DNA of 61,464 nucleotides, filler included, from Choristocarpus tenellus KU-1152 (taxonomy: Eukaryota > Protista > Phaeophyceae): assembly GCA_964200185.2 (NCBI GenBank). It is 7 parts of 7 records of this genome, joined end to end, with 100 filler letters (N's around TTAATTAATTAA, not from the genome) between each part and the next. Parts side by side here need not be neighbours in the genome. Positions count along the whole stretch, not along the records: positions 1 to 3,482 come from CAXNAD020019735.1; positions 3,583 to 11,969 come from CAXNAD020004780.1; positions 12,070 to 33,307 come from CAXNAD020000356.1; 4 more parts are not named here. The stretch is one strand, 5' to 3'. The notes under the pieces are model-generated. The model was given only the letters and a program-made list of their open reading frames with translations, did not search any database and was not told where the DNA came from. Shown here one piece after another: positions 1 to 12,815 of this stretch. A program made the translations under genes and the position numbers. Position 1 is the first letter of the stretch, and the number at the start of each line of letters is the position of its first letter.

Positions 1-67
1 CATCTGTTTGACCGAAACCGGCCGCCCCCTCACAAGCCCCCCCCCCCCCCCCCAGATACTTTGACCC
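1..67. mobile_element. Right end of MITE (family C, ...CCCCAGATACTTTGACCC)
   Basis: Same terminus at 3583-3621 and 33408-33502, and a degenerate one at 49514-49538. The copy at 33408 shares GTTTGACCGAAACNG..CCCCTCACAA upstream of the C-run. Confidence 0.65.
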
Positions 68-934
68 ATAACACTCCTTCTGACCACCCAATTAGCTATG
101 AAGTACTCTTGTAACAAGATATGATTCTGTTGCATTGTTTCCGTCACCCACCACTACAACTCTCAACTTGATGGAATACTCTCCTTGCTGCCATGTGGCG
201 CATAGCGTCAAGTAGACTCCGATCATCCTCTTTAGTTTTGCGGTATGGTGTGCTTCTTCAAAATATACCCACATTTTTCGGTCATTGACACACCGAAGAT
301 TGGATCCAACAGCATGAAAGCACTTAGTTCAGCACTCAAATCACTAGAACCTGTCACAGATAGAAAATGATCAAATATTTATCTATGCTCTTCTTGTTGC
401 ATTCCTCCTTCACGACAGACAGTTTTCCTCCAATTAATTGTTGTGTGCAGTCATCATGCAACCATATCAGCATGGTAGATGACAGGTAGTTGATCACTAC
501 CATTCTACTGTGCTTCAAGGAGGTTCGTTCGTTTGTGGTCTAGTTCAGAAAAAAGAACATGCAGATAGCTGGTGTTTAGAGAGGTTTGATGCAAACTAGG
601 AAACTGACTCAGCAGGATCAAAGACAGGAGTAGAAAACCTACAGGTCGCCCCCTTGTCTTTCTATCCGAAACACTTATTTTTCCGTGGCTCTTTACTCAA
701 AGTAGAACCCATATGTAGAGTAGCACGCCTGTTATTTCATGCAGAGTTGTCCAAGGACTCGAGGCTCTTATCATATTCTTCCCCCCTTTCCTTTAAACAC
801 ACCACTAGCATTCCCTGCCCTAGTCATCTAGATCAGCTTCAGCTATCCTGTTAACCAAAAAAAACAGCGGCAATTCCATCGAGATATCACCAGATAGATC
901 ATGGCATTACAGATTTTTAAATGACACATCATAC

Positions 935-1475
935 TGTTACAGGCGAATGAATAGCGCGAGGATTTCTTCCCATGTTTGTAGTAAACACGAGCATTTGAAA
1001 CAGACGTATAGTGCGAGTATTGTTTCTCGCATTCTAACAAGTGCGAACAATATTAGTAATACATAGGTAGCCTTACAGAATAAATAATATGATTTAACAG
1101 AAAATACAGAGTAAGATTCGGAATATATAGGTAACAATTGTCAAAGTTCCTAAGAAGTTGCAGAATAAAGGTTTATGATTGGAGTACGTGTAGAGCAGTT
1201 GCATAGAAGATCAAAGAAATTGGATGGATAATGAAAATAATAAGAGGGCTTGTGGTCAAACGATCACCCCTTTTTACCTCCAGTCCTTATCTTTATCTTG
1301 AACGAACCTTTGAGTCGAGCTTTGAGCTAAATACTGAGTGGAATATCAAGAGAGAAGGATACGTGACACCCTACAAACTGCTATCAAGGGCAACGTTCCC
1401 ATAGCGTCGTTTTAAGGTCGTTGGATTTGAGTTGTACATCCTGTGGAGGTGAGTTCTGAAGGGCACGCTGTAACA
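935..1475. mobile_element. Solo LTR of an LTR retrotransposon
   Basis: Termini TGTTACAG...CTGTAACA flanked by an exact 4-bp TSD (ATAC at 931-934 and 1476-1479). The last ~70 bp recur, reverse-complemented, at 40807-40875. Confidence 0.7.
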
Positions 1476-2215
1476 ATACTGCTTCGTCCTCGATCAAAGA
1501 ATAAGGTTCCTCACAAAGCATCATTTCCCTTCAATCGGGTTACCCAACAACACGACAACTACTCATTCGATAATGAGTAACACCATCAGCACCGTGAGAC
1601 TGTGAGAATGAGATCAATGCAGCATCCATGGAGGGACCACGGGATCACAACTTCACAGGTTGAAATGTCTCAGGTTTAATACTTCATGATCTTACTCCCC
1701 ACCCAAGTCTTGTCTGTGCATGGCAAATGCAACTATTTCTCCAACAACATTCGCTCTCCCTGCAAAATTTGTCTATCATGTGGCTTAGCATCACCGCCAG
1801 ACACTCCTAAAACATGCGCACTTGAATCACTTGGCTTCCCCTGACCAACTAGCAACCCTGTTTCTGGGTTTACACTATTGTATCCTAGCAAAGGTCGCAG
1901 TCATCTCCCAATCCACGCGCATGCACGCAGGAGACAAGCACATTGACTTGTCCAACAAATGGTTGCTAGAACCAACCTCGACCATCCAAATAGCTACCAA
2001 TGTCCAGACTGAACCGGACTCACTTGCTCACCACGTTGTCTAAAGTCCATCAAATGGCACATCCCATTCAAGTAAATATATGTATGTACATGTACATGAT
2101 ACTCAGGTTCACATACTCTAGAGGGTGTGCATTGTTAGAGTCTTAAATGGGCATATCTATTCCCTCGAGTATCAGGAGTAGTAATAGTGTTGTGAGTCGC
2201 AGCGCTTTTCCTACA

Positions 2216-2355
2216 GAGCCAAAATAAACGAAAGGTACCCAGGTTCTTGCCGATTTGCATTTTAAGACCCTTTTTTCACCTTATTACAATTCATCTTTTT
2301 GTGGATGAAGTGCTAAGGTTGCCTTGAGAAAGTTGATTTTTCTATTGTTTGACAG
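2216..2355. mobile_element. Partial MITE (family E, GAGCCAAAATAAACGAAAGGTACC)
   Basis: Terminus resembles those at 52733 and, reverse-complemented, 32430-32460. Contains the TTTGCATTTTAAG motif shared with families D and E. Confidence 0.45.
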
Positions 2356-3420
2356 TTTTCGCACAAAGCTCAATGAACCCTTTCTCCAACAATGGGGTCC
2401 GAAGTCATAGGTGTGCTCAGGTTCTGTGAGGATAGCTCGGATGAATATCGAGATCATGAGTATGATGTCAAACACCATATGCCAGATATGCCCTCCCAAA
2501 TGTACAGGATAATGGTTACGAAAATGGTGGGATGAAAATGAGCAAGGGCCAGAAGAACCTTAAGTGACCGAAATTTAGTTTACAACTGAGTAGAAGAAAG
2601 TGAAGCGTGTTGAAGAATGAGCCACAATGCAAAAGCCCGTTGTGTTGAGGGCTGATATCTAGCCCTTCTTTAGAGTGAATGTGCGGGTGGGAAGATCCAA
2701 TATACTTCAACTAGTAGTTCGGAAATTGGGAATTTTTACGAAGCTGAGATCAAGCAGGGTGATTGAAAGTCAAGTGATAATTAAACTACGAGAATTATGA
2801 GTTCATCGATCAACTACTACTTCAGCATGTATGTGGTATACTATTGCTGCTACTATTCTTGTTGAACGAGTAGCAGAGGATGTACCCCCAACAACTAGTG
2901 CAGAGCCGATAGCTTCGGAGTGCATACATCCCCTAAGTTAACATAAAAAAGAAAGGTAAAACGTAGGACTATCAGTTAACTTCCCCACACGATTATCTGT
3001 GCTGGACATGGTATTTTGTCCGTTTACCTTTCTTTGATGAACAGTCTTTCGTACAGCCAGTACCGTTGTCATATCGGGGTCTCACAGATTCTTATTATGG
3101 GGATTCTTCCCTCGCTCCTCGTCCCACCTTCATAATAGGGCTAGGCTGGAGGCTTTGTAGTGCGAAATTTTGGGTCATGAGGAACAATCTCTGGTGGGAT
3201 GTTGTATACTCCAAAGTACTTTGTACACTATAGATTTTTTATTGTATAAAATATATTTTCGAAATAATCACTCCTCGATAAATAGTCGCATTTTAGGGAG
3301 GTTTCTCGGGGTCCAGGTGTACATGATAGGAGTCTCACGCATTGTCGACAACTTTTGTATCTATAGCAAGCCCTCTTATCGCATAGTTTTGATCTTGGTT
3401 TCCTTTTCTCTTCCCCTGAG

Positions 3421-3482
3421 ACATATAACAGCCGATTTCAAAAATTGAGGATGGAGCTTTTCATTGAGGATGGGCTTGACCC
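3421..3482 (-). repeat. Transposon-like terminus (family F, GGGTCAAGCCCATCCTCAATG)
   Basis: Near-identical reverse-complement copy at 12307-12368. Ends exactly at the contig edge. Confidence 0.6.
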
Positions 3483-3582
3483 NNNNNNNNNNNNNNNNNN
3501 NNNNNNNNNNNNNNNNNNNNNNNNNNTTAATTAATTAANNNNNNNNNNNNNNNNNNNNNNNNNNNNNNNNNNNNNNNNNNNN
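3483..3582. other. Artificial contig linker N44-TTAATTAATTAA-N44; also at 11970-12069, 33308-33407, 40876-40975, 49414-49513, 55032-55131
   Basis: Six identical 100-nt blocks with a 12-mer giving stops in all six frames. Confidence 0.98.
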
Positions 3583-6398
3583 CCCGCATCCCCCCCCCCC
3601 CCCCCCCAGATACTTTGACCCATACAATTGAACAGCACTATTCTGGGTGGGCCAATATCAAGTAGAGGATGTAATATTTATTTATGTACTGAGACGCCAG
3701 GCTTCCAGGTGACGTGAAGTCCAAGACCAAAACCACCTTACAGTCTCACTCATCAACGACTTCTCCTGTTATCCAAATGTCAAACCTTGGCGACAACAAC
3801 ACTTGATTCTCATTGATGCCTTATCTCTAAGCCAAACACCCAGCACTCTACATCATTACATACGTAATCTCTACACATTGGTGATAAGATAGATCAGAGC
3901 ACCCATTCTTGACTTCACTACGAGACTGTTCGTGCACTTAGGTCCGTCTAGATGGCGCACCTCTTGATTGGATCCTACCTGACGTGACACACACTACATT
4001 CTGCCAACTATGTACTAGTCCAGAATATACGTACGCTATTGCATGCACTTGACATACCTGTCCTAACGTAGAAGCGGCAGGGGGGAGCACCATAATGCCT
4101 TGGCAGAACAGAGAGCTCTACACTCTTCTGAAGGGAGCTATCTGAATGACCTTCCTGTGTCAAACAGCATGTTGGGTAAGGGGGTAGAGGGCCACATGAC
4201 ACATGACACATGACACATGCATGTTTGCAGTTGAAGTTGAAGAGATAGATGTGATATCCACATGATCTTGCTATTCGTTCAACATAGCAACAATATCCTC
4301 AAAGTACGTATGATGTAGAGTAGTTTGTGTACCGAGAGAAATATATTGAAAGATACAAAACCCAACACCTAGGGGGGCACTAGACAAAAGCATGGCCACA
4401 TCATCTCAGACACGTCCTAAATGTCCCTCAAGAGTGAATGCAATCGTACATGTCAACGTATGATCTAACACAGCCCCCGTCACACATAATATATCCACTC
4501 TCAGCCTTGTGTCAACCCGATTCCCCACCTTTCTTACCTATCGCATCTGTAATCTGCTCTATGCGTACAAATATATGTATCGGAATGGAAAGCTGAATAG
4601 GTGGTACCAGTTCATTATGATTTTGCAGACAATGGAAGGAGATGGGGGACGTGGCTAGAGCAAACGGTCAACAGAAGTAATGGAACATTGCCTTGATCAG
4701 TTGTTAGAGTACTGAGTGTCTACACGGGGAACATCGGCAATAGGTGGGATCGCACGAATGGAGGTGTGAACTAGACCTTGCTTTCATGTAAGGCTAGGAT
4801 AAGTAGGCAAGCCCAGGGTGAGCAAATCTCAATGCTGTAGAAGAAATACCGTAGTATATTGAAGGCGCCTGCAATGTCTAATTGCCAATGCCACACAACC
4901 TGCTAGATGATATCAGTTATAGTGAATGTGTTCAAATTGGATCAATATCCATATCCACCTGATGTTAATTTGTACGACAATATATGTACACCAAACGTAC
5001 AGAGGAAACAGTCTGTGTGTAAGTTATGTATGTACAATTCCGTACTTCAGATAATACTCTGTGGGAAATAATCTGTCATGTGGGGACAGAAAATGGCAAT
5101 CTTCAGTCAGACACTACAATGGTGTTGACCTACGTTGGAGAAAATGTTCTTAGAGGTATGGGTGCCAAGACTTGCATTCCATTTCAAAATACCTCTCTGA
5201 CACCACCATTTGTTGCCCGGAATAATCACAGAAAAATCAAAACAGTCTCTAGAAAACCTAACATTGCATTCAACACAATATGAAAATTTCTAGGCTGTTG
5301 CCTGATTGTCGTGTGAAACAAGGAGTATGCTAATTTGTATAGAACAGCACCAATGTAGCAGGATGTGAAAATCTTAAACTCTATTAGTTAGTCGAGTTGA
5401 AACCAAAATCAGAAAATTCACCTTGGAAATATGTCGGAAGGAGCAGTTTGAACCAAAGGCACAGGTACCCGTCTGGATGAAGTGAGCACAAGGGATGCGA
5501 TCCTAAAATGTTTGCAGAGACAAGGAAAGGGGGGTGATTGTACCTTCAAAGGGTGTTTGATAAACTTGTCTTACTATTTTATCATCCTTCAAAAGAAGAA
5601 GGAAGCAGTCCAAAACAAGCACATGCGTGCAGGAACAGCAAAAAAGACTAAAAAAGGGTGAAGGTTGTGACTATACAGTACACGGATAGCATCAAGAGTA
5701 AACAACTAAACATACCTTATGCGTTGTGGAGCGACACGTTTTGTTGCTCAGACCTTGCAATCCTTCACTGTGAGGCAAAATACACAGTATGTGAACGGGG
5801 GAGGGTGACACGTTAGACGAACCATGCCGATCACAAGGCAAACAATCCACCTGGGATGCAAGAAGCCATAATGTGACCCTGCACAATAGGTGCTCAATCC
5901 TCTGGCATTACTCGTCCATCTAGACATTGTGAAGTATAGCACAACAACGGTGTAAATATTTTAAAGTCATTTTGCAGGTTGTTGACACCAGGACATCCAA
6001 CAGCTAGGCAGCTAATAATGGCGGCCGTTGCACAAACCTTCCCTCATCTATTCGCATCCAAGGTATGGAGATAGCGCCTGATAGCACTCACTGCAAACAT
6101 TAAAACAGATCAGCAGTGCCCTAATCCCAATGCAATGCACGCTCCCTCCTGATATTTAATCTGGAGTGATTCAATATTGCAATGTAGGACACCAACAAAA
6201 AATTGAACTGATACTACTGTATCTATTTTCTATATAAAGCCAAGAATCCACAACTTCTCTCCAATAGCTGTACAAACACCCATAGAATCAGCACTGATAT
6301 ACAGTGGAAGCGATTGTGTTGCATTCCCATTGCCACAACTGGGATTTAACTACAACGCAAAAATTTAGCAAATGTGGTCCCCACTAGCAGTCTGGGAA

Positions 6399-6571
6399 CT
6401 CCCAGAGTATCTGGGGGGGGGTCTACACCAGGGTGTCCATTCGGACCCTGACCAGGAGAAGTGCACTTATAACATCTATTCGACGCATGCATCCAAATCA
6501 CCCAATAATCGAGACATGGAAGAAAGGGCCCCAAATGGACAGCCGCCACCCTGCCCCAGATACTTTGAGCC
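6399..6571. mobile_element. MITE (family B)
   Basis: TIR-like ends AGAGTATCTGGGGGG...CCCCAGATACTTTGAGCC with subterminal GTCCATT/AATGGAC. Homologous to 37924-38109 and 54813-54983. Confidence 0.8.
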
Positions 6572-8181
6572 AGTACCAAACAGTAGTTGCTGTGGTTTGA
6601 ACTTTGCTATGATTACAAGCACACTACTCTAGGGGCTATCAAAGTACATTTTGTATTATAGCTGAAGAGAACATGATGCCAAATACTTCATCCAGACGAT
6701 ACATGGTAGTATTTGGAATAGGTCCTCATGATATGCACTAAGCGTAATAATAATTCGAACCACAAGATGCGTGAAGAAGTTTTAAACGAAAATTTTTCAG
6801 GATGAGGTCAAGGCTTAGCAATCACTTTCACATTTGCAGGTTATTGCCATAAATTGAGATTTGCTTGCCGTACAAGGCCAATGAAATCAACTCTCAGTCA
6901 GGCCTCTCAAGCTCATGCCCTTTCAACAAATAACAATACACATCCTATCAAACACACAACAACCACAGGCGTGCAGAACAACTAACCATACTTTTTGGGG
7001 TTAGCAGAGAATCAAGATGCAGGTCAGATAACTTGGTTCTTGCTCAAGACTGAGAGAGTCTGCTGCATTGATAATGTTCCAAATAGTTACAATGAGTTTT
7101 CAGGTTCATGTGTGTTCGGAACTGTAAGAGCTACGGCATTGCATAAGAGTGCCCTTATCATAGTTGGCACAATGGGGGAGAATACAAACTACATAATAAT
7201 AAGACGAAGAAACAAGACCATCGACAGCACTTTCATGTATTATTTGCCAGGACCCTGTGGTTCCATTGTCACAAGACCTGCATGTGACGTCCCTATCCAC
7301 TTCCACACCAGTAGCCAGGTTACTTGTCTGTTGAGTAGGTAGCGTCCTGGGGGCCCCTCTCAGGAGGGGTGGTGCCCCCTTGACTAGTTTTAGAACTCCT
7401 GGGTTGACCTGGAATAATTATTGAAAGCATTGCAGTTGGTTGGGCTACTCAACTAACTCACTGGCCCATTACGTACAATCAGACAAGGGACAGAGGTAAA
7501 ATACTTCTATTCTACCGAATATGCGGATAAAAAACTCAACGAATACTCCTATGTTACAATAACGCTCCCTCTACTTTTACGACACCTTGTACTGATTTGC
7601 ACAAGATATATCATGTGCATCAGACAACTCTGAACAACAACAACTCATGATATGACTGAGAAAATCTTACCTGTGATTCAACATATACATTTGCAATATG
7701 CTGGTTCCCAGGCTATGTACTTAGCTACAAGAGGACACAACAACACTTTTGTGTAATCGTGGGCAAACTGCAAATATTTCTAGACAAACAAGTGAAGGGT
7801 CAGTGTATGCAGGCCTTCTACTGATAACTATCAAATGCCAATTGACCCAAGCCATATCTAGGAAAGAAAGTCACCAACAAGTCATACTATGTAGCTCTAG
7901 TGCCTACAGTCTGCAGGGCAGAGGTATTGTAGAAGTATAGAAATGTGAATACTGCCCAATGCTTGGTACCTGCCTTGCGAAAAAACAGAACCCTAACTCC
8001 TCAATAAAACTATAAGACAAATTCATCCTATATTTGCAAGCCGACAACAGAAGGAGGTCAATACAGTGCTGTAGATTGATTATACATCAATCAACCCCAG
8101 GCACCCCTAGTGTCAGTTATGTGCAACATAGACTGATAGTCTATATGGTTTATAGTAAAAAAGTTACTGACGTAGTGTAAC

Positions 8182-8487
8182 TGTCACAAATATGTTTAAA
8201 CATATTTCTGACATGTTTGATGACGTATACATTAGATAACAAGGGAGAGCACACCCCCCACCTAGAGGGTAGTGCTCACTCCGCTAATAAACAAATCCAT
8301 ACTACATAAAGTAAAATACTCTATCAGAGTAGCTCTCTTTTGCATAAGTTACACAGAGCATTTTCCTTTCTCTTGTTTCTTGATTTATATATCTTTGTTT
8401 TATTTTTCCTATCTAAAGCTTCTCTCATACCGTGTTACCACTCTGACCACAGGTCTGTACAGATCTGACTATCAATGTGTCGTAACA
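8182..8487. mobile_element. Probable solo LTR, in an intron or 3' region of the CCCH gene
   Basis: TGTCAC...GTAACA termini, flanks GTAAC/GTAAG (5-bp TSD with one mismatch), internal AATAAA. Confidence 0.5.
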
Positions 8488-8683
8488 GTAAGACTAATGC
8501 TCATATTGACAAGTAGGGAGTGTCTTGTGAATACAGCATTTCATTGGTAGAACAAACAAGCACTTACACCCAGATAATCCTTCACATTCCAACATATACT
8601 TTGAAGTGCTGAGTATGTTCCATTCTCATGAAAAGTAACAATTCGCATACATTGCTCTATATCCGCAAAATGAGCACTCTCAC

Positions 8684-10912
8684 CATTGTGGGGGCTGGGC
8701 AGGGCCACTGCACTCCTGGCATCCAGCTCTTTGATGACTTACCCATGGTTGTGCCTTGACACTCCACTGAGAGGCCTGAACGTGACTCCAACAGCTGGTC
8801 ACATGAAGGGTCCCTCGGGGGAAGTGAGACTCCCCGAGAACCCAAGACATTGAGAGCAGAGGTGGGTAAGGCGTTACGGCCGCGGTCTTCAAGGGCAGAG
8901 GGGAGGGAGTGGACAAAAGGCAGGTGTGGATTAGGGTATCTCCCAATCAACCGCCGCCCCTCGTGATGCCCCCCATGCTGTTGGAAGGAAAGAAGTCGCT
9001 TCTCTTGGTCTGGGTGATCAAACTTACAGGTAAGTCCGTAGCTGCATATGCCATGCGCAAGGTAGTATGTACAGGGCTGAATAGCAATAAACAAAGATTG
9101 TTTGAGAGACACAACAAGGAGCAAGGAAGGGTGAGAGGATGGGTTTTGAATGTAATGGTTGGGTTATGCGCAGCGGCGATGGGGACAGGGGGCAGGGGGA
9201 GAGAGATGATACTTTGAGGGGGAAAGTGCAACTGGGTTTGTAGATGGTCTATCTGGGTGCTGTTTGGGTAGGGAAAGAGCAACACGAAAGACACAAGGAG
9301 TAGGACTCCACACCCTCTTTCCCCAAATATGTTCTAGTCAACTGTTTCATGCCTGTTGCATGGTGACAATACAGATCATTTTCAACACTTCAATGTTCTC
9401 ATCTATGGTGGCATCATCCTCTAACATGGGATGAAAGAGGATTGAATACAAAATTGCTGGAACACACAGTTGACGAAGACAGTGACTGGCATCAAGTTCT
9501 CTGTGGTCTGCGGTCCGTACAAAATATTTCCTGAGTATGTGAGTTTGTTGAGATGGGGGAAAAGGGAGCATTAACATGTGGAGAAGGGATTTTAAATGCC
9601 TTTCAACAGATGCAAAGATAGGAAGAAAAAGAGGGTAGCTTGGACATGCAAACTGTACAAATGTGAAACGTTTCCACGCATTCAAGATATGTTCAACATG
9701 CAGTGTCTCTGTTGCCTCTCACCGGTTCTGTTGGCCTTTGAGGGTATGGATGTCCTTCACGGATCAGCTCCTGGGCGTCCTGTCGTGACCCTTGTGTACA
9801 TGCACTTGGGGGAGGTATTTGTCTTGGTCCAACCTCCAGAACCCCGTGTTTACCTGTGCCCCTCCACCATAGACCCCGGCTCTCACCTGTCACCGCCATA
9901 CCCCTGCTCACACCCACCCCATCTTCTGGCTGGAGCTGCAGCTCTGTAAAGCTATCCCCACCCACCACCGCCTTGCTCCCTTCTTCAGTAGCCTCTTCCT
10001 TACCCTTTGGGGAAATACTCCAGCACAGGTCAGGCTCCCTTGGTGAGGAAGTGTTCCATTGAGAGGAGATTGTTCCCCTACGAACATCATCCAATGTTCC
10101 TATCCTCATAGTAGGCGGGATGCAAACCACGTCATCTCCTGCCAGGTTCAAGAGAAGGCAAATGGAGTCAGATATTCCCTCGCTCACCTCCTTTCGGTGA
10201 AGGTTAAAGTGCTTGGAGAACATGGTATGTGAATGGTGCGTGTGAGGTGGCCCGTTGGATTTTCCACGGCGACCGCTTATTCCGCCGATCATTCCAGTAG
10301 AGATTTGTGGAGGATATATCGTCGGCAGTGGTGACCATTGCAGCACCAGTGGGAGTGCACGTGAGGTGACTGCGGTATAATCCTAAAGGAAGAGTCTTCG
10401 GACACTCCTGTAACTGTGGGAGATGTGCTGATACTGCTGTAATAATGGATTTCGCGGTGTAGGGGCATGTGGGGACGGGGTACTGCTTCCGAAGCCTATC
10501 TGATGTGCAGATGATGGCCCCCATTCTTCGTCTCCCTTCCGACTGTCGAAATGAGTAGACAGGAGCATTTTCGTACCCCCACTTTATTGGTCGCGTCAAG
10601 TCCCCCCACTACACAACGTATTCTTCTGTCGTTTAAGTTCTGGGAGGAACGAGATTCCCTCTTTGAAAGCATATTATCCTCCACGTCGAGGTCATCCCCA
10701 CCTTGCTCACCTAGCTGTCTGGGCCTCTTCACGGTGTTAAAATTATCACAATCATATTGTTCAGGATCGGTCCTCCGTTTGCATCTCTCAGAGAACCGTT
10801 CCCTGCCCTCGACGACACCTCTAAAATCGATTTTGGGTGCAGATATGGAGGTTGAGGCTAAAGGATGAACTAGCTTTCGTCTTCTTCCCTCACTAATCTT
10901 TTTCTCGGACTC
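8684..10912 (-). CDS. CCCH-type (C-x8-C-x5-C-x3-H) zinc-finger protein, partial model; start and stop not resolved
   Basis: Phase-0 GT-AG exons 10912-10577, 10382-9723, 9076-8684. Splicing creates YPQRPTEP|PCTYYLAHGICSYGLTCKFDHP, the typical PxRPxxPxCxYY...CKFxHP CCCH motif. A possible last exon lies near 7409-7106. Confidence 0.6.
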
Positions 10913-11805
10913 CTGCAAGACAGTTGGTAAATGGGTAACGGGTGGTTACCTTAATGTAGAGTAAGTCGTGTGACTATAAGTGACGAGTGAGAGATCAATT
11001 CGTAGGGTAGTGTTGCGAGTTTCTCTTTGTCGTTATTGAATTCAACATTGGTGAAGGTCCTTGTTTTCGTCTGGGATAGCGTCAGTGTAAGTGCGAGAAT
11101 TTACTTCGTCCCAAGCGTCTCAACGACAACAGTATATCGTACCAGATGTAGTGTCGATACGAAGGATTTTGAAGAGGTGCTAGGGTTCAAATATCTTAAG
11201 TCCTTAGTGGAAGGTAGGTCAAAGAATGGATACAGATACAATGGAATGTGAATAGCGACCAGTCAGTCAGTAGCACTCCCCTCTATAAAACGGTGGATGT
11301 GGGCTAATTGTTGAGGACCAATATCGACGACTCCAGTATTTCGAGCAAAATGGGTATCCCAAAGTTTAGGATGGGACTTTGCATGAATTTGAACAAGAAT
11401 TCCTCATGTCTGCACAGACTGGGTATGGTCACCACCAACCTGATCGTTCATTATTGCAGGACATGTAATGACCAAGAGTGATTCCCGAATATGAGATAAG
11501 AAGGAGCGGGTCTCGTCACAACAATACACCCTAATTTCTAGAGTTTCTTGGTGATATCCCTACAAAAAAAAAACATTATTCCAATTGAATTCGATAAAAA
11601 AAACATTCACGTCATCCTGACGGACAGACGAAAAGTAGGGAAGTTTTTTATTATAATATTTGTACAATAATCAATAGAATATTGTTTTTCTTCTTCGAGA
11701 TTTATATTTTGTAGTACAGTACCTACCCTGATTTTGTGCACCCATGGGTATGCCCGAAAAAAGCGGCACATAATATATATGGTACAATATCGGTTTTTGT
11801 AGTAA

Positions 11806-11955
11806 TTAGGGTTAGGGTTAGCTGGGAATCAATCGTCGACGCGACTAATTAATCGTGGCGAGCTGGAAAACCAATCGTCGAAGCAACTGATTAATCGTGG
11901 CGAGCTGGAAAATCAATCGTCGAAGCGACTAATTAATTGTGGTGAGCTGGGAAAG
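11806..11955. repeat. (TTAGGG)2-TTAG followed by ~3.3 copies of a 41-42 bp tandem repeat
   Basis: Units GCTGGRAAATCAATCGTCGAMGCRACTRATTAATYGTGGYGA are contiguous with no spacers. Confidence 0.85.
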
Positions 11956-12604
11956 CATTCATAAGCTTCNNNNNNNNNNNNNNNNNNNNNNNNNNNNNNN
12001 NNNNNNNNNNNNNTTAATTAATTAANNNNNNNNNNNNNNNNNNNNNNNNNNNNNNNNNNNNNNNNNNNNCACATTCTTGTCCTGTGCCCCCAGCCAACCA
12101 GAATTCTCCCGCCCACAAGACTTAGTGTACTTCAATACTCTCACGACGTTTTGCAGATGTGTGAAGGGTAAAACCAATGAAAACTATTGACACACGAGAA
12201 AAATCCCTATAAAAGTTACACTTGTCGTAAAATGTGGAAGGCATTCATCTATTTACTATTTTACTACTACCAAAAAACATATCGACACTTTATCCCAGTA
12301 AATGTTGGGTCAAGCCCATCCTCAATGAAAAGCTCCATCCTCAGTTTTGGAAATCGGCTGTTCTATGGTGGACCACTGCCTTCCTGTGCCTCCAACCTAG
12401 GTTAGTCCTGTGCCTCCAGCTGCATATTATTCTACTTGTATCCAACCTTCTTTCTCGTGCGTCTGCTTGCTGACTAGTGCTATTGTATTCCATTAATTAT
12501 ATTTTCTGTGTGATATTGTCCCTTTTGTTCAACAGTACGGCGTGACAACATAGTAAGTGCACTATTTTATAATTCGAAGAATATTGTACAACAGTTATAC
12601 ACAC

Positions 12605-12815
12605 TGGTAACCAACTTGCGAGGTGACCACATGCTGGGGAAGTCATGGCAGAGAATTAGTTGACAGCTGAGAGCGAGCAGCAGGGTCTCGGTATTATTGG
12701 TTGTCTCATACTTGGTGCTATGAGAACTAGAGCAAAAGGGTATGCACCTCACAACTCCGAATCATTACCACTGACTCTCTCTCCCTCGAACGCCAAGGCC
12801 ACACTCATCGTAACA
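12605..12815. mobile_element. Possible short solo LTR
   Basis: TG...GTAACA flanked by CACAC on both sides. The TSD is low-complexity, so support is weak. Confidence 0.3.

Noticed and set aside
3527-3538. Recurring palindrome TTAATTAATTAA
   Set aside because: Always centred in identical N-blocks, so it is an assembly linker and not biological.
92-7000. Short ORFs in contigs 1 and 2, and most other 60-130 aa ORFs in the track
   Set aside because: No recognisable motifs or consistent exon chains. Many are antisense shadows of real exons or TE sequence.
8657-11250. DIRS/Ngaro-type retroelement gag, suggested by the CCCH finger
   Set aside because: No RT or tyrosine recombinase nearby, and the finger is completed by a spliceosomal intron, as in a host gene.
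11821-11955. CRISPR-like array
   Set aside because: Units are contiguous with no unique spacers, no cas genes are present, and the context is eukaryotic.
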